From contig CALWBW010000004.1 in the NCBI GenBank assembly GCA_944376195.1, positions 14,313 to 78,312 on the forward strand: a stretch of DNA of 64,000 nucleotides, written 5' to 3'. Source of the DNA: an uncultured Clostridia bacterium. Its GTDB lineage: Bacteria; Bacillota; Clostridia; Oscillospirales; QAMX01. Below the pieces are notes generated by a model, which was given only the letters and a program-made list of their open reading frames with translations, was not told the origin of the DNA and ran no database searches. Of the stretch, positions 19,580 to 28,079 are shown in pieces; position 1 is the stretch's first letter, and each line of letters begins with the position of its first letter. The position numbers were made by a program, and so were the translations under genes.

Positions 19580-20874
19580 GGTTGCCCCTCCTCTCTTTTT
19601 GCCCAGAATTCCCGCATGCGTTCGCGCATATACACGACGCATTCTTCCACCTTACACTCCCCTTTCACGACATCTTCCGCAAATGCACGGCAAGTCGGCG
19701 CCCCACAGGAGCCACAGTCGATTTCAGGAAGCAGCTCATAAATTTTTTCAATATCCGACATCATTTGCATCGCAATGCCGCGATTTGCGTTCAGGCGCAT
19801 CGCAGGCGCATAGGTAATCGGCGATCCAAACAACATATTTTCCGGCACATAATCGTCCGGTTCTTCACTTTTTTCCAAACGGTTCAAGGAGATCGGCAGA
19901 TATCTGCGCAGGCTTTGCAGCCTGACCTTTGCGATGTAGGGATTTTCCACCGTTGCAGCCCCTCCGACGCAGCCGCCCGGGCAGGCGTTCAGCTCGACAA
20001 ACTCCAAATACGGGAAATTTCCCGTTTCAATTTCATCAAGCACTTTGATCGCGTTGTCAATTCCATCGGCCGCCAGATACCGGTCGTTAAACAGTGCGGA
20101 CGCTTCACCGCCGGAACTTGCCCAGCTGATTCCGATCATACCGGACGCACTGGCGACTTTCGGCGCCTCAATCGCTTTCATCGCACCGATCAATTTAAAA
20201 TACATCTCGCTCATCGAAACAACATAATCAATGCTGCTTCGATTCTTCGAAATCCCGTTTTTCACATAGCTGGCCTTTGCAGGGCAGGGCGAGATGAACA
20301 CCGTACAAATTTCATCCTCGCGCAGCTCCGGATGTTTCTTTAAAGCCTCCGCCTTTGCCATCTGGCTTGCCACCTCGACAGGAGGCAGCATCGGCATGAC
20401 GTTGTCGCACAAATACGGAAACCTCAGCCGGATCAGCCGGACGATGGTCGGACACGCGGAACTGATTACCGGACGGGGAACATCTTTCTTATGCATGTAC
20501 CGGCGTGTATACTCCGATACAACCTCCGCCGCGCGGGCAACTTCGAATACTTCGTCAAACCCACAGTCAAGCAGCCCTTGCAGCACATAATCCACGTCGT
20601 CCAAGTTTTCAAACTGTCCGTAAAGAGACGGCGGCGGCAGCGCGATCCGCCATTTATAGCGCGGAGCAATCTCCTCGAGTTTATCGAATATCGCTTTTTT
20701 GGCCTTGTGCGGGCACACGCGAATACATTCGCCGCAGTCGATGCAAATTTCCGAATTGATCACGGCATGACCGTTTCGAATCCGGATTGCTTCCGTCGGG
20801 CAATGTTTCAGACATGTCGTACAGCCCTTACACTTATCTTGTTCCAGCGATACCGAGTGTCTATACTCAGCCAT
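19576..20874 (-). CDS. Atypical (putative sensory, group C/D-like) [FeFe]-hydrogenase-domain protein
   Basis: N-terminal 2x4Fe-4S; variant H-cluster motifs ISSACP, ISPCPAK, ELNACPGGCVGG; C-terminal DCGSCGAPTC..C FeS domain. Confidence 0.82.
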   Translation of the reverse strand: MAEYRHSVSLEQDKCKGCTTCLKHCPTEAIRIRNGHAVINSEICIDCGECIRVCPHKAKKAIFDKLEEIAPRYKWRIALPPPSLYGQFENLDDVDYVLQGLLDCGFDEVFEVARAAEVVSEYTRRYMHKKDVPRPVISSACPTIVRLIRLRFPYLCDNVMPMLPPVEVASQMAKAEALKKHPELREDEICTVFISPCPAKASYVKNGISKNRSSIDYVVSMSEMYFKLIGAMKAIEAPKVASASGMIGISWASSGGEASALFNDRYLAADGIDNAIKVLDEIETGNFPYLEFVELNACPGGCVGGAATVENPYIAKVRLQSLRRYLPISLNRLEKSEEPDDYVPENMLFGSPITYAPAMRLNANRGIAMQMMSDIEKIYELLPEIDCGSCGAPTCRAFAEDVVKGECKVEECVVYMRERMREFWAKREEGQP

Positions 20875-20883
20875 GAAACACTC

Positions 20884-21309
20884 CTACTGAACGTTTACCA
20901 CCATGGTAATGGTCGTCCCGACTCCCAGTGTTGATTCAATGTGCATTTCTTCCGTATACCGCTTCATGTTCGGCAAACCCATTCCGGCGCCGAATCCCAA
21001 GGCCCGGACACTGTCGGGAGCAGTCGAATACCCCTCCTGCATAGCAAGATCGATATCCTCAATTCCCGGTCCATGGTCTTCCAGAATAATGACGATGCGG
21101 TCAGGGTATACCAGTACATCCGCGACACCGCCCCGGGCGTGAATGACCATATTGATTTCGCCTTCATACATGGCAATCGATACACGGCGTATCACATCCG
21201 GCGGGAATCCGAGCTGACGCAGTTTTTTCTTAACCTCCACAGAGGCTTCCCCGGCAGAGGTAAAGTTATCGCCGTCAATCACAAAATGGAATTTCAGTGC
21301 CTCATCCAT
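20884..21309 (-). CDS. Anti-sigma-factor/RsbT-like Ser/Thr kinase
   Basis: EGEINMVIHA, DHGPGI, GYSTA, GAGMGLPN. Confidence 0.88.
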   Translation of the reverse strand: MDEALKFHFVIDGDNFTSAGEASVEVKKKLRQLGFPPDVIRRVSIAMYEGEINMVIHARGGVADVLVYPDRIVIILEDHGPGIEDIDLAMQEGYSTAPDSVRALGFGAGMGLPNMKRYTEEMHIESTLGVGTTITMVVNVQ

Positions 21310-21313
21310 ACCG

Positions 21314-21658
21314 TCAACCCTCTTTGGCCAAATGGCTCACATACAACCTCCCGCATGCCTCATACATACGAAGTCCGGTAGAGAGCAATACGATCCGGTT
21401 CTCCTCAGCCAGTGCAATCATCTCCGGCGTGGGATGTTTCCCGCGTACAAACACAATGCAGCGCATATCCACCATCATCGCCGTACGAATGACCTGCGGG
21501 TTCACAAGACCGGTCAGAAGCGCCGTCTGGTCTTTTACAAACGCCAGCACATCACTCATCATATCACTGCCGCAGGCATTATAGACCTCAACGTCCAACT
21601 CGTCCTCACAACAAAGAATTTCTGCTTCAAGCAGCGGTACGATCTCGCGGATTTTCAT
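21314..21658 (-). CDS. DRTGG-domain protein
   Basis: ACGSDMMSDVL, LLTGLVNPQVIRTA, FVRGK. Confidence 0.85.
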   Translation of the reverse strand: MKIREIVPLLEAEILCCEDELDVEVYNACGSDMMSDVLAFVKDQTALLTGLVNPQVIRTAMMVDMRCIVFVRGKHPTPEMIALAEENRIVLLSTGLRMYEACGRLYVSHLAKEG

Positions 21659-21691
21659 ACGAAATTCTCCCTTCCGAACCGGGGTCTTTGC

Positions 21692-22183
21692 TTAATATTT
21701 CTGCAAAATGCCTTCGACATCGGCAGGAACCAAACGGCCGTATACGTCGTCGTTAATCATCATAACGGGCGCAAGGCCACAGGCACCGACGCAGCGGCAG
21801 GAATCCAGAGAGAACTTCCCGTCCGCCGTGCATCCGCCTTCTCCAATGCCAAGGATTTCGGAAATTTTATCAAAAATCTGGCGAGAACCCTTTACATAGC
21901 ACGCCGTGCCCAGGCACACCGAAATACGGTACTGGCCCTTGGGCTGCAATGTAAATTGTGCATAGAAGGTTGCAATCCCATAAATTTTTTCCAGTGGAAT
22001 TCCAGTCTCATTGGAAATCATCTGCTGCACTTCTATCGGCAAATAACCGTAAATTTCCTGCGCTTTCTGCATGATGGGCATCAACGCGCCTTTTTGTTCC
22101 TTATGCGCAGCAATGAAATCGAGAAGCTGTTGCTTCTGCTCCGCAGTACCGTTGAATGGTACCGACGCAACCACTTTTGCCAT
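21692..22183 (-). CDS. hydC: NuoE-like 2Fe-2S hydrogenase subunit (HydC/HndA)
   Basis: ATFYAQF, CLGTAC, CVGAC; GAGGAGG SD before the ATG at 22183. Confidence 0.92.
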   Translation of the reverse strand: MAKVVASVPFNGTAEQKQQLLDFIAAHKEQKGALMPIMQKAQEIYGYLPIEVQQMISNETGIPLEKIYGIATFYAQFTLQPKGQYRISVCLGTACYVKGSRQIFDKISEILGIGEGGCTADGKFSLDSCRCVGACGLAPVMMINDDVYGRLVPADVEGILQKY

Positions 22184-22517
22184 ACAAATCCTCCTCATAC
22201 CAAACGCCCTGTTTCTATTCGGCGTCCGGGTTTTGTCATGGTTATACATGTACTATCATATTATAACACAAGTATTTGGGACTTTAAAGGGGGTCCCGCA
22301 AAAAACAGGTAGCTTTTCACAAAAAACGGGCGAAAAGCGCTGTTTTCTGTAAATCATCTTAACGCATCCCCACCCCTTCTGTCAACGGAAGAGTCCGGAA
22401 AATCCGGAAATCTGCACGCCGACTGGAATTTACCTCTATACAAAAAGAAACTTTTCCTGTATAATGCTATTTATGGCTTGTAAAAATCATGTTAGGCCGG
22501 AAAGGTGTTGTCAAGAC

Positions 22518-23366
22518 ATGTCCATACAAATCTCCTCCGACAGTACCTGCGACTTGTCGCCGGAGCTTTTAAAGCAGTACGATATTACCATCGCGCCGCT
22601 CTCAATTTTAAAAGGGGACACGTATTACAAAGATTGCATTGAAATTCAACCCGAAGATATTTTTGCGCACGTTGCCGCCGGTGGCGAACTGTGTTCCACA
22701 TCCGCCATCAATGTCGCGGATTATTATGAACTGTTCTCCGAACTGCGTAAAACGCACGACGCTGTGATTCATATCAGTATCAGCGCTGAGTTTTCCGCCT
22801 GTTATCGCAGTGCTTGCGCCGCGGCACAGGAACTGGACCACGTCTATGTGGTGGATTCCCGCAATCTTTCCACAGGGCACGGACATGTGGTGCTGGAAGC
22901 AGCAATATTGGCAAAAAAAGGACTCTCTGCCGAAGAAATTGTCGCTTATCTCCACGATTTAACGCCGCGAATTGACGCCAGCTTCATCCTTGATCATCTG
23001 GATTATCTTAAAAAAGGCGGACGGTGTTCCGCAGCTGCGGCATTTGGCGCCAATCTTTTTAACATTAAGCCCTGTATTGCCGTCATCGATGGAAAGATGG
23101 ACGTTATCAAGAAATACCGTGGATCTTTTGAAAAATGCCTGCGCGAATACGTCCGCGACAGGTTGGAGGGCCGGAAAGATCTCGATTTGGAACGTATTTT
23201 CATCACGCACACGCCGGTGGAAGACGGAATCGTCTCCATGGTGCGGGAGGAAGTTGCAAAATACGCCAAATTCAATCAGGTGCTTGAAACCACAGCGGGA
23301 TGCACCATTTCCTGTCACTGTGGTCCGCACACGCTCGGTATCCTGTTTATCCGGAAGCCGCAATAA
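22518..23366 (+). CDS. DegV family fatty-acid-binding protein
   Basis: SDSTCDL, STSA, VDSRNLS, LKKGGR, ISCHCGP. Confidence 0.92.
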   Translation: MSIQISSDSTCDLSPELLKQYDITIAPLSILKGDTYYKDCIEIQPEDIFAHVAAGGELCSTSAINVADYYELFSELRKTHDAVIHISISAEFSACYRSACAAAQELDHVYVVDSRNLSTGHGHVVLEAAILAKKGLSAEEIVAYLHDLTPRIDASFILDHLDYLKKGGRCSAAAAFGANLFNIKPCIAVIDGKMDVIKKYRGSFEKCLREYVRDRLEGRKDLDLERIFITHTPVEDGIVSMVREEVAKYAKFNQVLETTAGCTISCHCGPHTLGILFIRKPQ

Positions 23367-23377
23367 CACCAAACCAC

Positions 23378-23422
23378 AAAAAAACCCCGCGCATCCCAAA
23401 ACTGGGTATGCGCGGGGTTTTT
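23378..23422. terminator. Bidirectional terminator after degV
   Basis: AAAAAAACCCCGCGCATCCCA..TGGGTATGCGCGGGGTTTTT. Confidence 0.75.
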
Positions 23423-23567
23423 GCTCGCAGGAAAGACTGAAAAATAGAAGTTGCGTCCCGCGGCACGCCGGGGGAGACATGCCACGGGACATTGCGCGAT
23501 CGTACAGCTACCGAACCGGATTCCTTCATCCGTGCGTTTTGCCATACATCGATTTTAAAGATGTTTT

Positions 23568-24239
23568 TTAAAAAATCTCCGCTCCGAAAGGAATATCATC
23601 CCAGCATTCCTGGGGATTCAGTCCAATGCTTTCCTTCCGTACACATGCCGTTTTCCGGAAAGACTCTCCATACGTAAGATGTAAGCTTTCTCCTAACAGA
23701 GTCTCGTCTTCCGATTCCGAATTCTGTGGGTTCAGCCGGTCTCTTGCAGCTTCCAGAGCTTCCCATTCCAAATCATGCATACGATCAATCACCCACCGGC
23801 TGTAAGCGTTTGTAAACGTGCCTTCCTCCCAAAGCTTCCGTGCGCCGGCTTCTCCACAGTTGTAACACATCAGCGCCATGTGATAATCCAAATATTTTTC
23901 TAAATAACCGGAAAGCATATAGATCCCTGCTTGTACGTTTTGATAAGGGTTTTTGAGATCGTCAAGCCCCAGTTCTTCTTTTAACCATGAGAAATTTACC
24001 ACGCTAATTTGCATTAATCCAAAGCACGTTTCGTTATAATTCACCGCATCCGCATTCCAGCTGCTTTCTTTTTCAATTACGGCAAACACCAAATATTCTG
24101 AAACGCCATATTCTTCGCAGAGTTCCCGAATATACGCTTTGAAATCTCCGTTTTCAGTCTGTTCACCATACCCCGCGGCACAAGCACCGCCGGAAAAGAG
24201 CAACAGCGCCAGCAATCCTATGACTATCTTTTGGAACAT
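23568..24239 (-). CDS. Exported lytic transglycosylase (SLT domain)
   Basis: Signal peptide; VIEKESSW (catalytic Glu), GLMQI, ALMCYNCG. Confidence 0.85.
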   Translation of the reverse strand: MFQKIVIGLLALLLFSGGACAAGYGEQTENGDFKAYIRELCEEYGVSEYLVFAVIEKESSWNADAVNYNETCFGLMQISVVNFSWLKEELGLDDLKNPYQNVQAGIYMLSGYLEKYLDYHMALMCYNCGEAGARKLWEEGTFTNAYSRWVIDRMHDLEWEALEAARDRLNPQNSESEDETLLGESLHLTYGESFRKTACVRKESIGLNPQECWDDIPFGAEIF

Positions 24240-24293
24240 TTCACCGCCACCTTCCATTTGTGTCATATTTTACCATCTATTTCCATTTATGTA

Positions 24294-24342
24294 TGTCGAC
24301 TTCTGTCGATCCGTATAAAAGTCGAAATCCGGCGCATACTGT
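24294..24342. promoter_or_regulatory. Spo0A-box-like repeats and a sigmaE-like promoter
   Basis: TGTCGAC (24294), TGTCGAT (24304), AGTCGAA (24320); GTATA-17-CATACTGT pointing at the deacetylase gene. Confidence 0.5.
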
Positions 24343-24372
24343 AAGCGAACATTTTGAGAATGAGGTAGGATT

Positions 24373-25110
24373 ATGAGATTTTTTCAAATAAAAAAGCGAA
24401 TCTGTTTAGGTTTGGCTTTTCTTTTGGCGGCCACATCTCTGTCGGCGTTTGCCTTTGCGGCACGAGCGGATCGGGACCTTCCCATTTACTGTGTCGGCCG
24501 GGAGGATAACGTTGTCTCGCTCTCCTTCGACGCCGCCTGGGGAAATGAGGACACCCAGCAGTTGATCGACATTTTGGCAAAATACAACATCAAAGCGACT
24601 TTTTTTGCCGTCGGCGAATGGGTGGATAAGTATCCGGAATCTGTGAAGGCGCTTCACGACGCCGGGCATGAAGTGATGAATCATTCCAACACGCATCCGC
24701 ACTTTACCCAGCTTTCTCCCACGCAAATGGCAGCAGAAGTCAATGCCTGCGCCGATAAAATTGAGGCCATCACCGGCGTACGTCCCGATTTGTTTCGTCC
24801 TCCTTATGGCGACTATAACGATTCTGTCGTTTCCACCATGCGCGACGAAGGATTTTACACCATCCAGTGGGACGTCGATAGTCTCGACTGGAAAAACCCG
24901 GGAAGTGATGCCATTGTAAAACGTGTGCTTGAAAAGACGAAATCCGGTTCCATCATCCTCTTTCATAATGCCGCTGAGCAAACACCTGCGGCGCTGCCCG
25001 CCGTCATTGAGGGGTTGATTGCACGAGGTTTTTCTTTCGCACCGATCTCCGAATTGATTTATCGGGACAATTACTATATGGATCACACCGGTATGCAGGT
25101 GAAAGAATAA
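24373..25110 (+). CDS. Polysaccharide deacetylase, sporulation PdaB-like
   Basis: Signal/TM segment; SFDAAWG, NHSNTHP, FRPPYG, WDVDSLDW, ILFHN. Confidence 0.9.
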   Translation: MRFFQIKKRICLGLAFLLAATSLSAFAFAARADRDLPIYCVGREDNVVSLSFDAAWGNEDTQQLIDILAKYNIKATFFAVGEWVDKYPESVKALHDAGHEVMNHSNTHPHFTQLSPTQMAAEVNACADKIEAITGVRPDLFRPPYGDYNDSVVSTMRDEGFYTIQWDVDSLDWKNPGSDAIVKRVLEKTKSGSIILFHNAAEQTPAALPAVIEGLIARGFSFAPISELIYRDNYYMDHTGMQVKE

Positions 25111-25111
25111 C

Positions 25112-25150
25112 AAATCACCCGGCAGGGCGTATGCCCTGCCGGGTGATTTT
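25112..25150. terminator. Bidirectional terminator
   Basis: AAATCACCCGGCAGGGC-gtat-GCCCTGCCGGGTGATTTT. Confidence 0.8.
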
Positions 25151-25187
25151 CAAACGTGTTACATTTTGTTTTATGAAAGAGCGGCAA

Positions 25188-25331
25188 TCAGTTTTCCTTT
25201 GCCTTCTCCTGCTTCATGATAGGATACCACTCCCCAAATGCAAGAAAGAGAGAAATAAACAGACAAATCGGGGACAACACAATGCAATTGACAAACTCTT
25301 TTTTTGCTGCAAGGTATGCTTCGCTGTGCAT
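25188..25331 (-). CDS. Putative 47-aa small membrane protein (not in the ORF track)
   Basis: MHSEAYLAAKKEFVNCIVLSPICLFISLFLAFGEWYPIMKQEKAKEN*; GGAAGGAG SD 9 nt upstream; one hydrophobic segment and a charged tail. Confidence 0.45.
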   Translation of the reverse strand: MHSEAYLAAKKEFVNCIVLSPICLFISLFLAFGEWYPIMKQEKAKEN

Positions 25332-25335
25332 AAAA

Positions 25336-25407
25336 ACTGACTCCTTCCAAAACTATGCGCTGAAGACGCTGGATTTTCGGCCTGCCCGTCGCATGCCGGG
25401 AGTCAGT
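25336..25407 (-). promoter_or_regulatory. Structured leader that would occlude the small ORF's SD
   Basis: ACTGACTCC..GGAGTCAGT closing stem encloses two internal hairpins. Confidence 0.4.
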
Positions 25408-25578
25408 ATATCATATCTCCTCGCTAATTTTCCGGAAAGCTTCTTAAAAGACGGAGGGGAAATATTTCTCTTTTTTTACGCTTGTGGTATACTGCAATCT
25501 GGGTGGTTTTCGGATTGCCGGGAGCGGCAACTTTATTTGAAAGAAACACTTTTGAATTGATGGACAAACGGAGGCATT

Positions 25579-26649
25579 ATGAAACAGCTTCGATTTCTTT
25601 CCCTCATCAAAAACAGCGTTGTTTTGGTTGCTTCCATGTTGTCCTGCATCTTTTTATGCTACGGACTTTCTTTTCTCTTTGACGACAACAATCCTTTTGC
25701 CGTGCCGATTTTTATCCTCGGCGTCGCGCTGGTTTCCCGTTTTTCGGACGGTTATTTTTGCGGAATTGCCGCGTCGGTCATCGGCGTATTTTGCGTCAAC
25801 TATATGTTTACTTACCCATTCTGGGAATTTGATATCACGCTGACCGGCTATCCGCTCACATTCACTGTCATGCTGCTCGTCTCCGTTTTAATCAGCACGT
25901 TGACTACCCAGGTGAAACAGCAGCAGCGCGCCATGTATGAAGCCAAAAGTGAAAACATGCGTGCAAATCTGCTCCGTGCGATTTCACACGATATTCGAAC
26001 GCCGCTGGCCTCCATTATCGGGGCAAGTTCTGTTCTCCTGGAACGCAACGAGCTGGACGACGTCTCCCGCCGTGAACTTCTGGAATCCATTCACAAAGAC
26101 GCGCAGTGGCTCACCCGCGTCACGGAGAACATCCTTTCCGTGACCAAATTCAGCGAGGAGGGCGTGCGTTTGAAACTAACGGATGAGATTGCGGAAGAAA
26201 TTGTCGGAAGCGCCATTCATAAATTTCGCAGAATAGATCAAAACATTGAAATTGCCGTGCATAAACCCGATGAAATCCTGTTTGTCCCCATGGAAGCAAC
26301 GCTGATTGAACAGGTACTCATCAATTTATTTGAAAACGCCGTTCACCATGGAAAGTACGCCACCAAAATTGTCCTGGATATCACCGCCGACGCCCAACGT
26401 GCAACGTTCAGTGTATCTGATAACGGCGCGGGGATAGATGAGGCCATTCTGCCTCACTTATTTGACGGCAGTCTTTTAGCGAAACAAGAAGCCTCGCAGG
26501 ACGGAAGCCGAAACATGGGGATTGGATTATCGGTGTGCCGTTCCATTGTAGCCGCACATGGAGGCAGAATGGAAGCGCATAATCACGCCGGGGGCGGTGC
26601 AACCGTTTCGTTCTGGCTTCCAATGGAGGGACAACATGATAAAAGATAA
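25579..26649 (+). CDS. Sensor histidine kinase, short KdpD-like (DUF4118-type 4TM + HisKA + HATPase)
   Basis: Four TM segments, ISHDIRTPL, NLFENAVHH, DNGAG, GIGL. Confidence 0.88.
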   Translation: MKQLRFLSLIKNSVVLVASMLSCIFLCYGLSFLFDDNNPFAVPIFILGVALVSRFSDGYFCGIAASVIGVFCVNYMFTYPFWEFDITLTGYPLTFTVMLLVSVLISTLTTQVKQQQRAMYEAKSENMRANLLRAISHDIRTPLASIIGASSVLLERNELDDVSRRELLESIHKDAQWLTRVTENILSVTKFSEEGVRLKLTDEIAEEIVGSAIHKFRRIDQNIEIAVHKPDEILFVPMEATLIEQVLINLFENAVHHGKYATKIVLDITADAQRATFSVSDNGAGIDEAILPHLFDGSLLAKQEASQDGSRNMGIGLSVCRSIVAAHGGRMEAHNHAGGGATVSFWLPMEGQHDKR

Positions 26650-27358
26650 AATTCTGGTTGTGGAAGATGACGCGGGAATCCGTAAATTTTTACAGGCGAC
26701 CCTGTCTGCAAACGACTATCAGGTCATCCTGGCTTCGGATGGGAAAACGGCGCTCAGTCTTGCGTCGTCGCACTGCCCCGTCTGTATCTTGTTGGATCTC
26801 GGTCTTCCGGATCTGGATGGCAACGAAATCATTCGCCAGCTCCGCTTGTGGACTACAATCCCGATTATCGTCATTTCCGCACGCACGACGGAGGACGATA
26901 AGGCAGAAGCGCTGGATCTTGGCGCGGATGATTATCTGACGAAACCCTTTGGCACGGTGGAACTCCTGGCCCGTATCCGCACGGCAATCCGGCATACAAG
27001 AACAACCGCGGAAAATCAGGAAATTTCCTTAAATGACAGCTACACCATCGGCGGTCTGGTTGTCGACTTTCGAAAACACCGCGTACTGGTGGACGGCCGC
27101 GACGTCAACCTTACGCCAAACGAATTCCGCATTGTCTCCCTGCTTGCCATTCATGCAGGGAGAGTGCTGACCTATAAATTCATGCTGCATGAACTCTGGG
27201 GGCCAACCGCCAGCAGCGATAATAAAATCCTGCGGGTACACATGGCGAATATCCGCCGGAAGCTGGAACCCAATCCCGACGAACCAGTCTACCTGCATAC
27301 GGAAACCGGCGTCGGCTACCGTATGGCGGATCACGAGGATTTTTTGCAAAACAAGTAG
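26636..27358 (+). CDS. KdpE-like OmpR-family response regulator
   Basis: ILVVEDD, LDLGLPD, GADDYLTKPF, LRVHMANIRRKLE. Confidence 0.92.
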   Translation: MIKDKILVVEDDAGIRKFLQATLSANDYQVILASDGKTALSLASSHCPVCILLDLGLPDLDGNEIIRQLRLWTTIPIIVISARTTEDDKAEALDLGADDYLTKPFGTVELLARIRTAIRHTRTTAENQEISLNDSYTIGGLVVDFRKHRVLVDGRDVNLTPNEFRIVSLLAIHAGRVLTYKFMLHELWGPTASSDNKILRVHMANIRRKLEPNPDEPVYLHTETGVGYRMADHEDFLQNK

Positions 27359-27365
27359 CTATAAT

Positions 27366-27395
27366 AAAACGGGGACTGGTTTTCAGTCCCCGTTT
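27366..27395. terminator. Bidirectional terminator
   Basis: AAAACGGGGACTG..CAGTCCCCGTTT. Confidence 0.72.
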
Positions 27396-27404
27396 CTCTT
27401 TCTC

Positions 27405-27995
27405 TCAAACCATGGTAATGCGGATGTCCTTACGCGGCAACGGCGTCCTCTCCGGCAGTCCGTCCGGTGTATCTGCGTAACCAAGCGCAACCGCACCGCA
27501 GACCGTTTCTTCCGCTCCCACGCCAAACTGTGCCAAATAGGCGCGGATTTCCGGGTTTTCATCCAGCCAGTGAAGTTGGTTGATCCAACAGCTCCCCAAG
27601 TCCAGTGCATTCGCCATCAGCATCATATTTTCCAGCGCACAGGCGCTGTCCGCCATGGCGTTGCCGTAGCCCTTTTTGTTTGTGACCACAATCAAAACCG
27701 GCGCGCCATAGTGAAACACATAATTGCCCCGCTGCGAAAGCCGGATGGAATTGGCAAGGGAGGCGTACGTCGTCTCATCATATGTCATGCCGCGAAACGC
27801 CTGCTGCACCCGTTCTGCAAGTTCTGCAAGCACTTGCGGGTCTTTCAAAACCACAAAATGCCAGCTCTGATTATTCCCCCCGCTCGGCGCATAACAGCCG
27901 GCTTCCAAAACCGCATGTATTTTTTCCGATTCCACCGGCTTTGACGCATAGCGGCGCGTAGAACGTCGGGACTTGATCCATGTCAGCATATCCAT
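27405..27995 (-). CDS. Nitroreductase family protein
   Basis: SRRSTRRY, APSGGNNQSW, ENMMLMA..LGSCW. Confidence 0.9.
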   Translation of the reverse strand: MDMLTWIKSRRSTRRYASKPVESEKIHAVLEAGCYAPSGGNNQSWHFVVLKDPQVLAELAERVQQAFRGMTYDETTYASLANSIRLSQRGNYVFHYGAPVLIVVTNKKGYGNAMADSACALENMMLMANALDLGSCWINQLHWLDENPEIRAYLAQFGVGAEETVCGAVALGYADTPDGLPERTPLPRKDIRITMV

Positions 27996-28079
27996 AAATG
28001 CTATTCCTTTCTCAAAAACGGAATTTTCCCCATTGTTCACGGCAAATCTCTGCAAAAAAGGATCCCGCTATCGATTCTG

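Noticed and set aside
23446-23500. GC-rich hairpin as a possible ncRNA
   Set aside because: Adequately explained as a minus-strand terminator-like stem downstream of the SLT gene.
25330-25410. c-di-AMP (ydaO) riboswitch upstream of the kdpD-like gene, or a MITE
   Set aside because: Lacks the ydaO consensus segments; no target-site duplication and no second copy in the window.
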